DNA of 63,285 nucleotides, counting the filler, from Licmophora abbreviata (Eukaryota), in the NCBI GenBank assembly GCA_900291995.1. It is 12 parts of 12 records of this genome, joined end to end, with 100 filler letters (N's around TTAATTAATTAA, not from the genome) between each part and the next. Parts side by side here need not be neighbours in the genome. Positions count along the whole stretch, not along the records: positions 9,881 to 12,621 come from OLMU01002036.1; positions 12,722 to 15,252 come from OLMU01002038.1; positions 15,353 to 16,447 come from OLMU01002039.1; positions 16,548 to 19,233 come from OLMU01002040.1; positions 19,334 to 20,962 come from OLMU01002041.1; positions 21,063 to 41,187 come from OLMU01002042.1; 6 more parts are not named here. One strand, given 5' to 3'. Every line of letters starts with the position of its first letter. The stretch's first letter is position 1. The notes beneath the pieces were generated by a model. It did no database searches and was not told the origin of the DNA. It was given only the letters and a program-made list of their open reading frames with translations. Positions 12,290 through 23,208 of the stretch are shown one piece after another. The position numbers were made by a program, and so were the translations under genes.

Positions 12290-12721
12290 CTCTTCCTATG
12301 TGTACGACGGTGCTTTCGTGATGGAGCATGTGTCTTTTGCCATTGTTTGTTTCGTTGTTGGGTGTTGGCCAATGAGAAGACGGACTTCAACGATTTGACT
12401 TCATCATGTGACACAAAATGTCAAAATTGTGACACCGTCCAGCTGAAATATCAGGGATAAACGGAACGGAGATGAACATTGTTTTGGCGCGCGACGAGCC
12501 AAAACCTGAGAGATAAAAAAAGATCGAAGATCGCGTTGTGAAACTCATCGCCACTCCGCCTCCCCTCTCGTTGAACACATCATCATCGATGCACTCTGTA
12601 TTACTTTAATGCAAAGTATAANNNNNNNNNNNNNNNNNNNNNNNNNNNNNNNNNNNNNNNNNNNNTTAATTAATTAANNNNNNNNNNNNNNNNNNNNNNN
12701 NNNNNNNNNNNNNNNNNNNNN

Positions 12722-13517
12722 CACTCGACCTTCCAGCCCACACGCAGCTTCTACTACCGTTCTTCGAGAGTCTGCTCTGGTGGACTCCCTACAACTGGCA
12801 GTCTCCGTGTTGGACTCTCCCTTGGCAACCACGAGCGCGTTGAGCGGAATTCTCTGCGGTGTCGGGGATGCTTTGGCCCAGAAAACGGAACAAATGAAAA
12901 GCATGCAGAATGGACAGGACAAACCGTTCGATGCAGATCGGTGCATTCGTTTCACGCTGACTGGATTGGGGAGTGGAATCATCTGGGGTGGGTGGTACGA
13001 ATGGAGCGATGCTTACAGTGCCGACGTTGGGGAGAAGATGCTTTCAGCCTTGGGTTTCCCCACGGAGGGCGGATTTGCTGCTGTGAGAACTTCCATCTGC
13101 ATTCTTCTCGATCAATTTCTCGGAAGTCCTGTTATCTACGGGCTATGGAGTATACCGATGCCACTGCTGTTGAGCGGCATGCCGCTTGACGTGACGACCG
13201 ATCAGGTTCAGAGCAAGCTACCCGCGATTCTTGTAGAGAACGCAAAAGTCTGGACGCTCGCCAACCTTGTCATCTACAACGTTCCGTTGGAGTGGCGCGT
13301 TATTGCCATGTCTCTTACCAACATTCTTTGGCAGACCATCATGTCCTCCACAATTTCTGCCGACGAGCCTGCGGTTGTGAGCTGGACCGAGGATGATAAC
13401 TTGCAAGGGGAATTTATTGCGCCAACTTTTGATACCTTGGCGTACGAACAGGCGGTTCCTGAAACTCTGTCACACGTCAATTACAATGGGACAGACTCGG
13501 GGGCGTCGGCTGTATAG
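12722..13517 (+). CDS. Mpv17/PMP22 family membrane protein (5' end lost in gap)
   Basis: SGILCGVGDALAQ, FDADRCIRF, LLDQFLGSP, NAKVWTLANLVIYNVPLEWRV. Confidence 0.85.
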
Positions 13518-14095
13518 TCAGCTAGCTACCCTCTTGAGGAAAGGCTAGCTGTGTATGACCCGCACCGACGATTTTGTTGATTCGATTTTGGTTGTTGCAT
13601 TGATTTTGAATCTCTCTCTCGTTCGTTGATTCAAGAGACTGACGATTTTGCTATGAGCTCATGTATAATAGGAACGCTTGTATGTTTCCCTCGTTTTGTG
13701 TACGTCCATGGTCGACTGTAGAATATCGGTGTAGACGAGCCTAACAAAGGTCAAGATTGAGTCTCATCCATGATGATGAGTGGGTCAGAAAGAAGACGAG
13801 CACGCCGCACCAGACATAAGTAGAAAAGTCATCCTGAATGAGCTCGCACGTTAAGTAGATCGAGCTACGTCACTCCGTAGAGCCTTCGTAGCTTTTGTAC
13901 TGATAAATCCACTGTTCTGCGACGTGGCCAATCAGCCACCATCAACTGCCACCAGAGGGTGCAGTTTCATGATGACCACCGGTTTCCTCGCTCTGCTCGT
14001 CAGACAGCATGACACAACACCCCATTTGAACCTACGTTGTCATTACCATCATTACTTCTCTACAGAAGATCACACCGGTCTATTCTGCGTATACC

Positions 14096-15046
14096 ATGAA
14101 CTCTCTTATAACCTCCGTTTTGCTTATAAGTAGCCTTTCGTCAGCGACTGCTTGGACCAGCGCCGGCGTACGAAGCCTGATGTCTAGCAAGACCAGGCAA
14201 CGCACGACCCGAAGCCGACATACAAACTTACAAATGTCGCTGATCGGCGAAGTGTCGTCGTTGTACTCTTATGCACTGACTGATTACAAGCTTGTGACGG
14301 AGTCCGCTACCAGTGGCTTGCTTTGCGGCACTGCTGACGTGATTGCACAAGCTCGCGAGAGATTCTTCGGGGCCAGCAAAAATGACGTTGAAGATTTGCT
14401 TCAGCGCGTCCAGACACCGCAAACAGAGAGAGAACCGGTAGACCTGGGACGCTGTGCTCGCTTTGCCTGCAAAGGGCTGGTCGGTGGAATTATATGGTCC
14501 AGCTGGTATGGAGTCGTCGATGGCTGGAGCACAGAGCTTAGTCTTGACTTTCTGAGCCAACTCAATCTGTGGCTCGGCACGGCAGGAGTCGATTCCTCCT
14601 GGACTGGCAATGATGTGGTAGAGAATGCAGGGCGTGTCACATCAGCCATTGCCCTTGAACAGTTTGTTGCATGTCCTATCATTTATTCGTTTTGGGATAT
14701 TCCCGTACCGGCGCTTTTGAATGGTACACCGCCCCGCGAAATCCCTGGCCAAGTGCGCTCCAAAATCGGACCATTGCTGGTAGACAATGCCAAAGTATGG
14801 AGCTTTGTAAATATTGGAGTCTACAACATCCCTGTCGAGTATCGAGTCCTCGCCATGTCGATTGCTGATGTATTTTGGCAGTCGATCGTTGCGAGTGTCG
14901 CGAACAAGCATGTGGAAACTGAATCATCTGAGTCAATGGAAAGCAATCCAGCAAATGCATCAAAAATCAAATCCAACTTCTCTTTGAATCCTCGAATTGT
15001 CGAGAAAGACGATGTCGATGACCTATCCGCTACACTGCGGCACTGA
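14096..15046 (+). CDS. Mpv17/PMP22 family membrane protein, probably plastid-targeted; tandem paralog
   Basis: SGLLCGTADVIAQ, ALEQFVACP, NAKVWSFVNIGVYNIPVEYRV. Signal peptide ending ATA-W followed by an Arg/Ser-rich transit peptide. Confidence 0.85.
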   Translation: MNSLITSVLLISSLSSATAWTSAGVRSLMSSKTRQRTTRSRHTNLQMSLIGEVSSLYSYALTDYKLVTESATSGLLCGTADVIAQARERFFGASKNDVEDLLQRVQTPQTEREPVDLGRCARFACKGLVGGIIWSSWYGVVDGWSTELSLDFLSQLNLWLGTAGVDSSWTGNDVVENAGRVTSAIALEQFVACPIIYSFWDIPVPALLNGTPPREIPGQVRSKIGPLLVDNAKVWSFVNIGVYNIPVEYRVLAMSIADVFWQSIVASVANKHVETESSESMESNPANASKIKSNFSLNPRIVEKDDVDDLSATLRH

Positions 15047-15196
15047 ATATATCTTGCACTACCGAATCACGCTAAACTTAACGCTAAGCTACACTCTAGA
15101 CACTATTACTGCTTCCTGTAGAAACTATTGAATTCTCTCCAGGCTCATGTGTCGTACACAATAGTAGGCCATTATTGAAGCACGAGTAGCAGCGCG

Positions 15197-15223
15197 CACA
15201 CACACACACACACACTCTCTCTC
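15197..15223 (+). repeat. Compound (CA)n(CT)n microsatellite
   Basis: A run of CA repeats followed directly by CT repeats. Confidence 0.85.
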
Positions 15224-15613
15224 TACCAGTACCGGCGCCCTCCTCATTTGAANNNNNNNNNNNNNNNNNNNNNNNNNNNNNNNNNNNNNNNNNNNNTTAA
15301 TTAATTAANNNNNNNNNNNNNNNNNNNNNNNNNNNNNNNNNNNNNNNNNNNNCTGGCCCTGTGCAGTCACACTTTTGACACTGTGACTGTGCCTGCCTTC
15401 ACACTGTCGCACTCGCACTGTAAAAAAGAAACGACACGACTGGATTATTTAGTATTTAGAGTCAGTCAGTCACGATCCGCGATTTCAAACGTGCTCAAAC
15501 GAGTCAAACGCTGCTTGGAGACCGAGTGGCATGTAAACTTAACATTTCGATCTTGCGAATGTTAGCTCACAAAATAGACTCAGGTAAAACTTTCAAAAAA
15601 TATCAACAACAAT

Positions 15614-16168
15614 ATGTCCCTCTTCCAGAACCTCCTTCTCGCACTCTTGGCATCTACTGCCGCCGCCGGCTCTACTACTGGTACCATTGCCAAAGACGAA
15701 GCTGTCCGTGCGCATTGCCGAACGGTTTATGAGCTTGCATTTCCACCTCAACGCTTTGCCACAGCTGAATCTCTTCAGGTCTTCGCTGATAGCATCTCTC
15801 CCACCAAGAAAAACTACTTCACGTGTCCCGAAGGTAACCTCGAGAAACGCATGACTGGTTTTGGCACCCGGGATGTCATGACGTGGTTGGAGAAGAATGG
15901 AATCGTTCCTCCCGAAGACGGCTCCGAGCGCGTCGCCGGTACTATTTCTGGAGAGATCATGGTAACAGGAAGTGTCTGCTCCTTTCCGACGACCTCCTTC
16001 TTTCTGTTCGGAGATGGTGCATGTCATGTCTTCGCCACGACCCACCTCACAATCGAAGTCGACGACGACGGCAAGATGATCCGCTGGCAAGATCACTGGG
16101 ACGAAAACGTCTTTAGCTCCAAGGTCGAAGCGTGCATGGAATCCATGGCTTCTAAATCGGTCGTCTGA
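15614..16168 (+). CDS. Secreted protein, probable NTF2/SnoaL-like fold
   Basis: Strong start context (AACAATATG) and signal peptide. C-terminal IEVDDDGKMIRWQDHWD resembles the end of SnoaL/limonene epoxide hydrolase-like domains. Confidence 0.6.
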   Translation: MSLFQNLLLALLASTAAAGSTTGTIAKDEAVRAHCRTVYELAFPPQRFATAESLQVFADSISPTKKNYFTCPEGNLEKRMTGFGTRDVMTWLEKNGIVPPEDGSERVAGTISGEIMVTGSVCSFPTTSFFLFGDGACHVFATTHLTIEVDDDGKMIRWQDHWDENVFSSKVEACMESMASKSVV

Positions 16169-16218
16169 AGCAGTCCAGTAACTAGAGTTGTAGTACAGTA
16201 GATTCAAAATGTGCCGTT

Positions 16219-16850
16219 CTACAGTTTACTTTTATCCGAGAAATCGGTAATCATCGTTGTTCCCAGAGGACTCCCTAAATCCATTCCTTGTAGAGCCTGC
16301 ACCCCTTCTTCCAATGTCACACATCGCTCTACTAGACGTGATGGATCCAATTTTCGAGTGGCAACCAGCTGCAGCAGGTCAGGCAGGTCCGTTGCCGCAA
16401 ACCCATGCGACCCAATGATTTCGATCTCTCTTCCCGCAACCAGCCCCNNNNNNNNNNNNNNNNNNNNNNNNNNNNNNNNNNNNNNNNNNNNTTAATTAAT
16501 TAANNNNNNNNNNNNNNNNNNNNNNNNNNNNNNNNNNNNNNNNNNNNACACGACCAGCAGCGGCCGCAGCCGAGTATAAAAGGAACTGCTACACGGTCTC
16601 CTCGTCAAAAGTTCCGTGTATTTTCTCCTGCTTCCAAGACGACACCCGCCACCTCATGACCAGGGACAAAGGGCAATCCGTGGTCTGCAACATCCGAATC
16701 GTGGCCTTTCCATCCATGCCAGTCGCTGCGACAGACTCCCGTGGCCTTGACTTCTATTATCACTCCATCTGCGGGGCAGAGAGGAATCGGTACTCTCTCT
16801 ATGCGAATCGGACCACCAAACGACCTATACACCGCTGCCTTCATATTCAT
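16219..16850 (-). pseudogene. Zinc-dependent alcohol dehydrogenase (MDR family) with in-frame TGA at 16605-16607; middle missing in gap; C-terminal SKL
   Basis: GVCRSDWHGWKGHD, PGHE, then NF*RGDRVAVPFILGCGRCWSC in the same frame. After the gap: EIEIIGSHG...TTMITDFSDKSKL*. Confidence 0.8.
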
Positions 16851-17217
16851 CGCAAGCTCGGTGATGCCATTTCATCACACGCACTCACATCGCGGCGGGT
16901 TGTTCTGTCCCTCTCTGCAGGCGTGCGCAAGGTCAACCGACCGGCGCGACTATATACTTAGATCTAAAACGTCTTCCCTTTCTCATCTTCCTATCTCTAT
17001 GCAACTTTAAGAAAAATGAATCTTCTTTCTTGTACAACAGCTAGGGCGTTTCTTACTTATTTTCTGCGTGTTCCGATGTGAACCCATGTGTGAATGTTTT
17101 GCTTTCATCATCATTGTTCGGAGTGTGGTTTTGATCTGACCTCGGCCTTTTGCAGTTTTTAAAAGCAAGTGCAACAGAAGGACGTCTAAAGAGAGTATAG
17201 CGTTGCTACTGAAGAAA

Positions 17218-18968
17218 ATGGTGGAGATTGAGCATCACGCAGCAGGTGCCGATGAGCTCGTCTCGGAGCTTTTGCAGCATGAAACTCCCATGGATGCCTC
17301 GTCCCAACCTCAAGCCGAAATCGTTTGGGGTCTGTCGGACTATATTGTGGCATGGACGACTCTCGCAGCATTCATCCTTCTGGCCGGTAAGTTCGTATCG
17401 TAGCACGAAGGACATCCAGCATAGGAGACCATTAGAAAAATGAAAATCGATAGCACGGTCTCATTCGCTACCTTCGTTTTTTTCGTATCACGACAGTCAT
17501 GATGATGACGAATCAAGATTCTGATGCCCAGGAAGACACGAAGAAAGACAATCAAGAGGATGAGAAAGAAGACAAGGAAGAGAAAAAAGAGCTCCGTTTC
17601 CCCGAAGATTTCGTCTGGGGCACCGCGACCTCCAGTTATCAGATTGAGGGGGCCACGGACAAAGACGGACGCGGCGAAAGTACCTGGGATACCTTCTGCA
17701 AGAAGCCTGACGCGATTGAAGATCACAGCAACGGTGATATAGCCTGTGAGCACTACGATCGTATGGAAGAGGATGTCAAACGCATGAAGGAGGAACTCGG
17801 AGTTCGGGCCTATCGCTTCTCCCTTGCGTGGCCTCGGATTCTCCCCGATGGAACCGGAAAGGTGAATCAAAAAGGCATCGAGTTTTACAATCGACTCATT
17901 GACACTTTGATTCGGTACGATATTGTACCATGGGTGACACTCTTCCATTGGGACTTGCCGCAACGCATTGAGGACGAGCATGGCGGTTGGCTGAAACGCG
18001 ACATTGTCGACATGTTTGGTGAATACGCGCGGGTCTGCTTTGAAGCCTTTGGAGATCGAGTCAAGAACTGGCTCACACTCAACGAGTCCTGGACGGTCGC
18101 CGTCATTGGCTACTGCAATGGCATCCATGCGCCTGGTCGGTCTGAGAATCCGGCGACGGAACCCTATTTGGCGGGCCACCACATGATCCTAGCGCATGCC
18201 CGTGCAGTCAAAATCTATCGCACCAAGTTTGCGGAAAAGCAGAGTGGCAGGATTGGAGTCGCTCACAATGCCGATTTCCGGTTTCCAAAGTCTGACTCTC
18301 ATCAAGATAAGCTGGCGGCAGAGAGAGGCATGGAGTTCCAGATGGGATGGTTCGCTGATCCCATCTGGAAAGGAGAATACCCAAAGGTCATGCGAGAGCG
18401 ACTTGGCCACCGTCTGCCTCGCTTCACACCCGAGGAAATCAAGGAAGTGCAAGGCTCTAGTGACTTTTTGGGGCTGAACCACTACACGTCGGCAGTCGTA
18501 TCCCAGCCTGAATGGCAGCCGAATGACACAGACGGTTACTGGAACGACATTTGGCTGGAATGGTCCAAAAAGGACGAATGGCGTGAGACCGACATGGGCT
18601 GGAGTGTGGCACCCGAGGGTCTTCGTGAAATGCTCTTGTGGCTGTCGAAGCGTTACGATAACCCTACCATCTACATTACCGAGAACGGCTCGGCCGAACA
18701 CGAACCCGACTTGGCGACGGCCCTCCAAGACCACGGGCGAAAGGAATATTTCGAAGGTTACATTGGTGCATGCGCTGATGCCATTGCGCTGGGCGTGGAT
18801 CTGAAGGGTTACTTTGCGTGGTCCATGATGGACAATTTTGAGTGGCAGTTCGGTTACATGAAGCGTTTCGGTCTCCTCTACGTGGACTATGACACCCAGG
18901 AGCGAACTCTGAAGGGATCGGCGAAGTGGTATCGCGACACAATCGCTGTGAATGGAAAGAATGTGTAG
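17218..18968 (+). CDS. Glycoside hydrolase family 1 beta-glucosidase with N-terminal membrane anchor (intron 17387-17496)
   Basis: FVWGTATSSYQIEGA, acid/base motif TLNES, nucleophile motif ITENG, WSMMDNFEW. The upstream exon ending WTTLAAFILLA splices in frame (G|TC ATG). Confidence 0.92.
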
Positions 18969-19432
18969 AAAACGACGAGTGGAAATTGAAGACGAATTAA
19001 CCAATCTATAGGATGTCTTGCACAATGTTTTCTCCTTGAAAGGCCACAATGGCACATAGGGTAGAAGAACAAGCAATTGAAAGAGCACTAGGCAAAGACA
19101 AACGCCACGGTATTGTCTGCGGGGGATATCCATTCAATCGCGTTGGACAGAGGGGGCGCGCCTAATAAGTTAGAGTTGGATAGCCGAAATCAGAATCAAT
19201 CCATTTGTTTCGAGCTCCGAGCACGCGCTCTTTNNNNNNNNNNNNNNNNNNNNNNNNNNNNNNNNNNNNNNNNNNNNTTAATTAATTAANNNNNNNNNNN
19301 NNNNNNNNNNNNNNNNNNNNNNNNNNNNNNNNNGGTGCGCCGGTAGACCTTCTAGCTAAGCGTTGAGAGCCGCTACCGCTGTCGTGTCGAAAGGCATTTG
19401 TCTCTCTGTGGTTCGTCGCACCTTCTCTCAGC

Positions 19433-21855
19433 ATGGGAAACGCGGCCTCATCTCTCCCTTATAGTGTTGGAGACAAGGTTGGCGAGGCAGATGGCTGGGA
19501 AATTCATCAGGGATCGCAGAAATCCGATGGAGCTGCGGTCACAGTTTTCAAGGCCAGCAAGCCGAAATTGGCCAAGACCATGATCGACAAGCGCTTTCCA
19601 CAGTCGATGCAGATTTTTCCTGCCTACCACCACTTTCAGCATTGTCGAAAATTAAGACACCCTCATATTCTGAATGTCCATGCGACTCTGGATACGGACT
19701 ATCCAACCGGCGAAGATGGTGTCAGCAAGTCGTCCTCGGCTAACCCGGCGCAGCTCACGACAGCCCAGCAAATGGCCACGACAGGAGACTTGATCGTTGT
19801 GACGGAGCCCTGCATCCCACTTCGCGAATGGCTTACACTGCCGGGTCGAACTCCGGAGCATATCGCTTGGGGACTACAATGCATGGTGGAGGCACTCAGC
19901 TTCCTTCATACTTCGGCCAAACTTGCTCATGGAAATGTCAGCGAAGGGAGTTGGTTCGTTACTCCGGGAGGGGACGTGAAACTCTGGAACTTTTCTTTGG
20001 TGACACCAGTGGGAGTGGCTGACGGAGGCGGGGGTCCGACGCGTCACTTCCGGGAGTGGGAGGGTATCGTGACGCCAAATGCATACCGATCGCCAGAACG
20101 CAAAGAGAATCGCTGGGAGGCTGTCGCAACGTGTGGGATTCACTGCATGGACTCGTTCGGTCTCGGAGTACTGATTTCATCGACCCTGTATAGAAACAAC
20201 GTCCCAGGTCCGTTGCAGAAGGCTGTACAGAGACTGCAAACTCCCAACTTGAAAATGCGGCCTCGACTTGCGCCGTTGCTCAAGTGTCCAGTCTTTGATA
20301 CACCGTACCGGTCGGTGCAAGTTCAGCTAAACGAGCTAAGCATCCAGCCTGTTGAGGCCAAAGTAGCCTTTTGGCAGAATCTTATGCCTATCCTTCAGGG
20401 CGGAAAAATGGACGAGTCTTTAGCTCTTCACAAGGTTCTGCCGCTGGTCCAATCGTCCACCACGACGATCTGCAAGAGCGATTCGATGCTCTCGCAAGAG
20501 CTGTATAGAAGGGAGGTTCTTGCAATGTTGCAGCCTCTCTTTTACATTTGTGAAACCTACCTAAGCAAACAGCAAGATGGGGCTGTCGCAAAAGTGCTTT
20601 CTCCCCTGGTCGGATTGCTCTTTGCCGTCAACGACCGTGGGGTACGCGGCTCCTTGTTGTCGAAAGCCAAACTCCTGGCAAACAATCTCAGCAGGAATGA
20701 ATTGAACAGTGCTGTCTTTGATCCTATGTGCAGTGGCTTCAGTGACTCTTCCCCAGCGCTTCGAGAGCTAACACTTAAAGCTACTCTGGTGTTGGTACCC
20801 TATCTCAGCGCACCCCATTTGGAAAAACTGTCTCGATATTTGGTCCGTCTTCAGTCCGATACCGAAGCGAGCATCCGAACGAACACGGTCGTTTTCATTG
20901 GAAAGCTCGCCCCTCACTTGACGGAAATGAACCGCGAGAAGATGCTGCTGCCTGCATATGTGNNNNNNNNNNNNNNNNNNNNNNNNNNNNNNNNNNNNNN
21001 NNNNNNTTAATTAATTAANNNNNNNNNNNNNNNNNNNNNNNNNNNNNNNNNNNNNNNNNNNNAGCCATGAAGGATCCATTTACTCCGTGTCGTCTCGCCG
21101 CTCTGCAAGCGGTGGTCCAAGCACAGGAGTTCTTCGACGGCAAAGGAATCGCCACCAAGTTACTACCCGCAGTAATGCCGCTCTTGCTGGATCCTGTGGC
21201 AGAGGTCCGTCGCGAGGCGTTTGCGGTGGTGGATACGTTTATGCTTTCTTTGCGGCGAGAAGATGAGCGTATGTCCATCCAGGAAGGGGTAGCGGGCGGT
21301 CCCTCGGCGGTCCGACCTGCAGCAGCTTCCGCTGCACCGGCTGTCACATCGAAACCAGCCCCGGCCCCCAACAGCGGAGGGTATTTGACTGGGCTATCGT
21401 CGTGGATGGCGACCTCAGCGAAGCCGTCCGACACGACATCTGCTTCGCCGTCTACTACGCAGTTGGCTTCCCAAGTACCTTTCAATGCGCCTTCACCTCC
21501 AGCACCAGCTCCACGAGAGCCGCAATTTTCCTCTCTTGGCCTGAACGATGCACACATAGGCGGGGGCGGCTTTGGCGATAGCAACTCGGGCATGGGAGGC
21601 GGCTGGGACGACGATGACGATGACGACTTGCTGGGCGACTTCTCCGGCTCTTCATCGAAACCCATGAACGACGAGGATATCTTTGCGTCTCTGGACATCA
21701 AACCAAAGAAGATATCGACTTATGGATCGGCTAGTAAATCGGGGAGCAAGCTCATCATGCCCAAAACGACGATGGCACAACGAAAGGCGGCTCGACAAGA
21801 GGCGGCCGTCAAGAAGTTGGAAGCTGACATTGACGACAATTGGGACGACTTTTAG
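19433..21855 (+). CDS. SCY1-like pseudokinase (SCYL1/CEX1 type), split by a spacer
   Basis: MGN N-terminus, KLRHPHIL, VVTEP, AHGNV, HEAT repeats (GFSDSSPALRELTLK, SIRTNT) and an acidic WDD tail. Confidence 0.88.
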
Positions 21856-22174
21856 GGTATCTGTAATGTATGTTTAGGTGATGACTTGACGATCGCGTTC
21901 CATCAAAGATGATATTATGCGTGCTGGTCGAAGACGAGCGTCATACCAGTATATTGAAAGCAAGGTTGTGCAAGTCGAGCTCTCTGCGAGCTTTGCGCAC
22001 CTTAAACGTGGTTCTTGATATTTGCGCGCGCTTCGGAAAAGGGGTTCGCATCGACGCGACGAGAACACGCGAGTGATCGATTCGACGCAACGAGGGATGA
22101 CATTTCTCCACATCTATCTATATTACACACAAGAGACACATTCTTGTCCTGAACGCAACACTATACTGACTACA

Positions 22175-22888
22175 ATGTCACTCGACTCCTGCTCCTGGTG
22201 GAAGATTGACCGGATGCAGACAGTTCGACAGATCCAAGGTGCCACGCCCCTGTTGGAAGTTTGCATCGAAACATACGGCTGGAAGGACGATAAGGCTCGT
22301 CGAGTCTTGACTGGATATCGTCAGTTCCTCGAGATGAAGAAGCGTTTGGAAGACTACGACGGCAAGATTCTGGAACCTTCCAATGCTGTTGATCAAATGT
22401 GGGTGCAGCACTACAGTACCCGAAGCTACAATGACGATTGTATGCTGCTATGTGGGGGATTCGTGAATCGTGATGGGTACGAGCGACTGGACCATGTGAC
22501 ACGAGCAAAGCGCATCGAGTCCACCCGTCCATTACTCAAGGCCCTCTATGGTCAATCACTCGATGACGATGTGTGGAGCTTCGGGGTGAAGCTGAATAGC
22601 TTGATCCTGACCTCAAACAAGGCAAAGGAGGATGAAGCGACCATCATGTTTCGGCCCCACGCCTATGCGGGCTTGAAGAAAGCTCAGTACGATCTGACGG
22701 TCAGCACAAGCTTCGTGGTTGCCGCTTGTCTGTACTCGGCAGATCAGGAAAAGGAAATCAGGGAACTGCGTTTCCTCGTAGAGGGAATCGAGGTCACTCC
22801 GGATTCCACCCTCGCCGAGCTAGGCTTTGAGGACGGCCAAGTCGTCGATGTCATGTATCGCGACGTATCCCGTCACAATGACTTCTAA
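22175..22888 (+). CDS. Glycine-rich-domain (GRDP)-like N-terminal domain fused to a C-terminal SUMO/ubiquitin-like domain
   Basis: YRQFL...PSNAVDQMWVQH...YNDDC at the N-terminus; LRFLVEGIEVTPDSTLAELGFEDGQVVDVM at the C-terminus. Confidence 0.65.
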   Translation: MSLDSCSWWKIDRMQTVRQIQGATPLLEVCIETYGWKDDKARRVLTGYRQFLEMKKRLEDYDGKILEPSNAVDQMWVQHYSTRSYNDDCMLLCGGFVNRDGYERLDHVTRAKRIESTRPLLKALYGQSLDDDVWSFGVKLNSLILTSNKAKEDEATIMFRPHAYAGLKKAQYDLTVSTSFVVAACLYSADQEKEIRELRFLVEGIEVTPDSTLAELGFEDGQVVDVMYRDVSRHNDF

Positions 22889-23208
22889 GAAGACGATTTA
22901 GGACAGAAGAGATATTGTAAGAGATGATCATTTATTTCTGACAGATTACATGTGTCCTTAGAACAGTAATCGTCTCGCAACTTCTTCGTCTTCTTGCTTC
23001 TGTTTTACGCGGCGTGTCGAATCAGAGGTTTGGCGCGCAGAGCTCTAGTAACGGGCCATTTTTCTCATATTCCGCATACGATAAAATCAATCAGTGTATT
23101 CGGCACCCCGCCCCGTCAGTGCACACACAGCGCGGAATGACAGTGATGCTTTAGCAATGGCAAAAGTGAAGATGTTGTCACGTTTACCATGATCTTCAAG
23201 CACCGAAA

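Noticed and set aside
16605..16607. Selenocysteine at the in-frame TGA of the ADH
   Set aside because: The position is the variable residue before xGDRV, not a Cys ligand, and no SECIS is evident in the very short 3' space.
17340..19133. Long antisense ORFs opposite GH1 (also opposite H2B, PGK and the 38.6-39.0 kb gene)
   Set aside because: Expected shadows of biased codon usage on the sense strand; no recognisable motifs.
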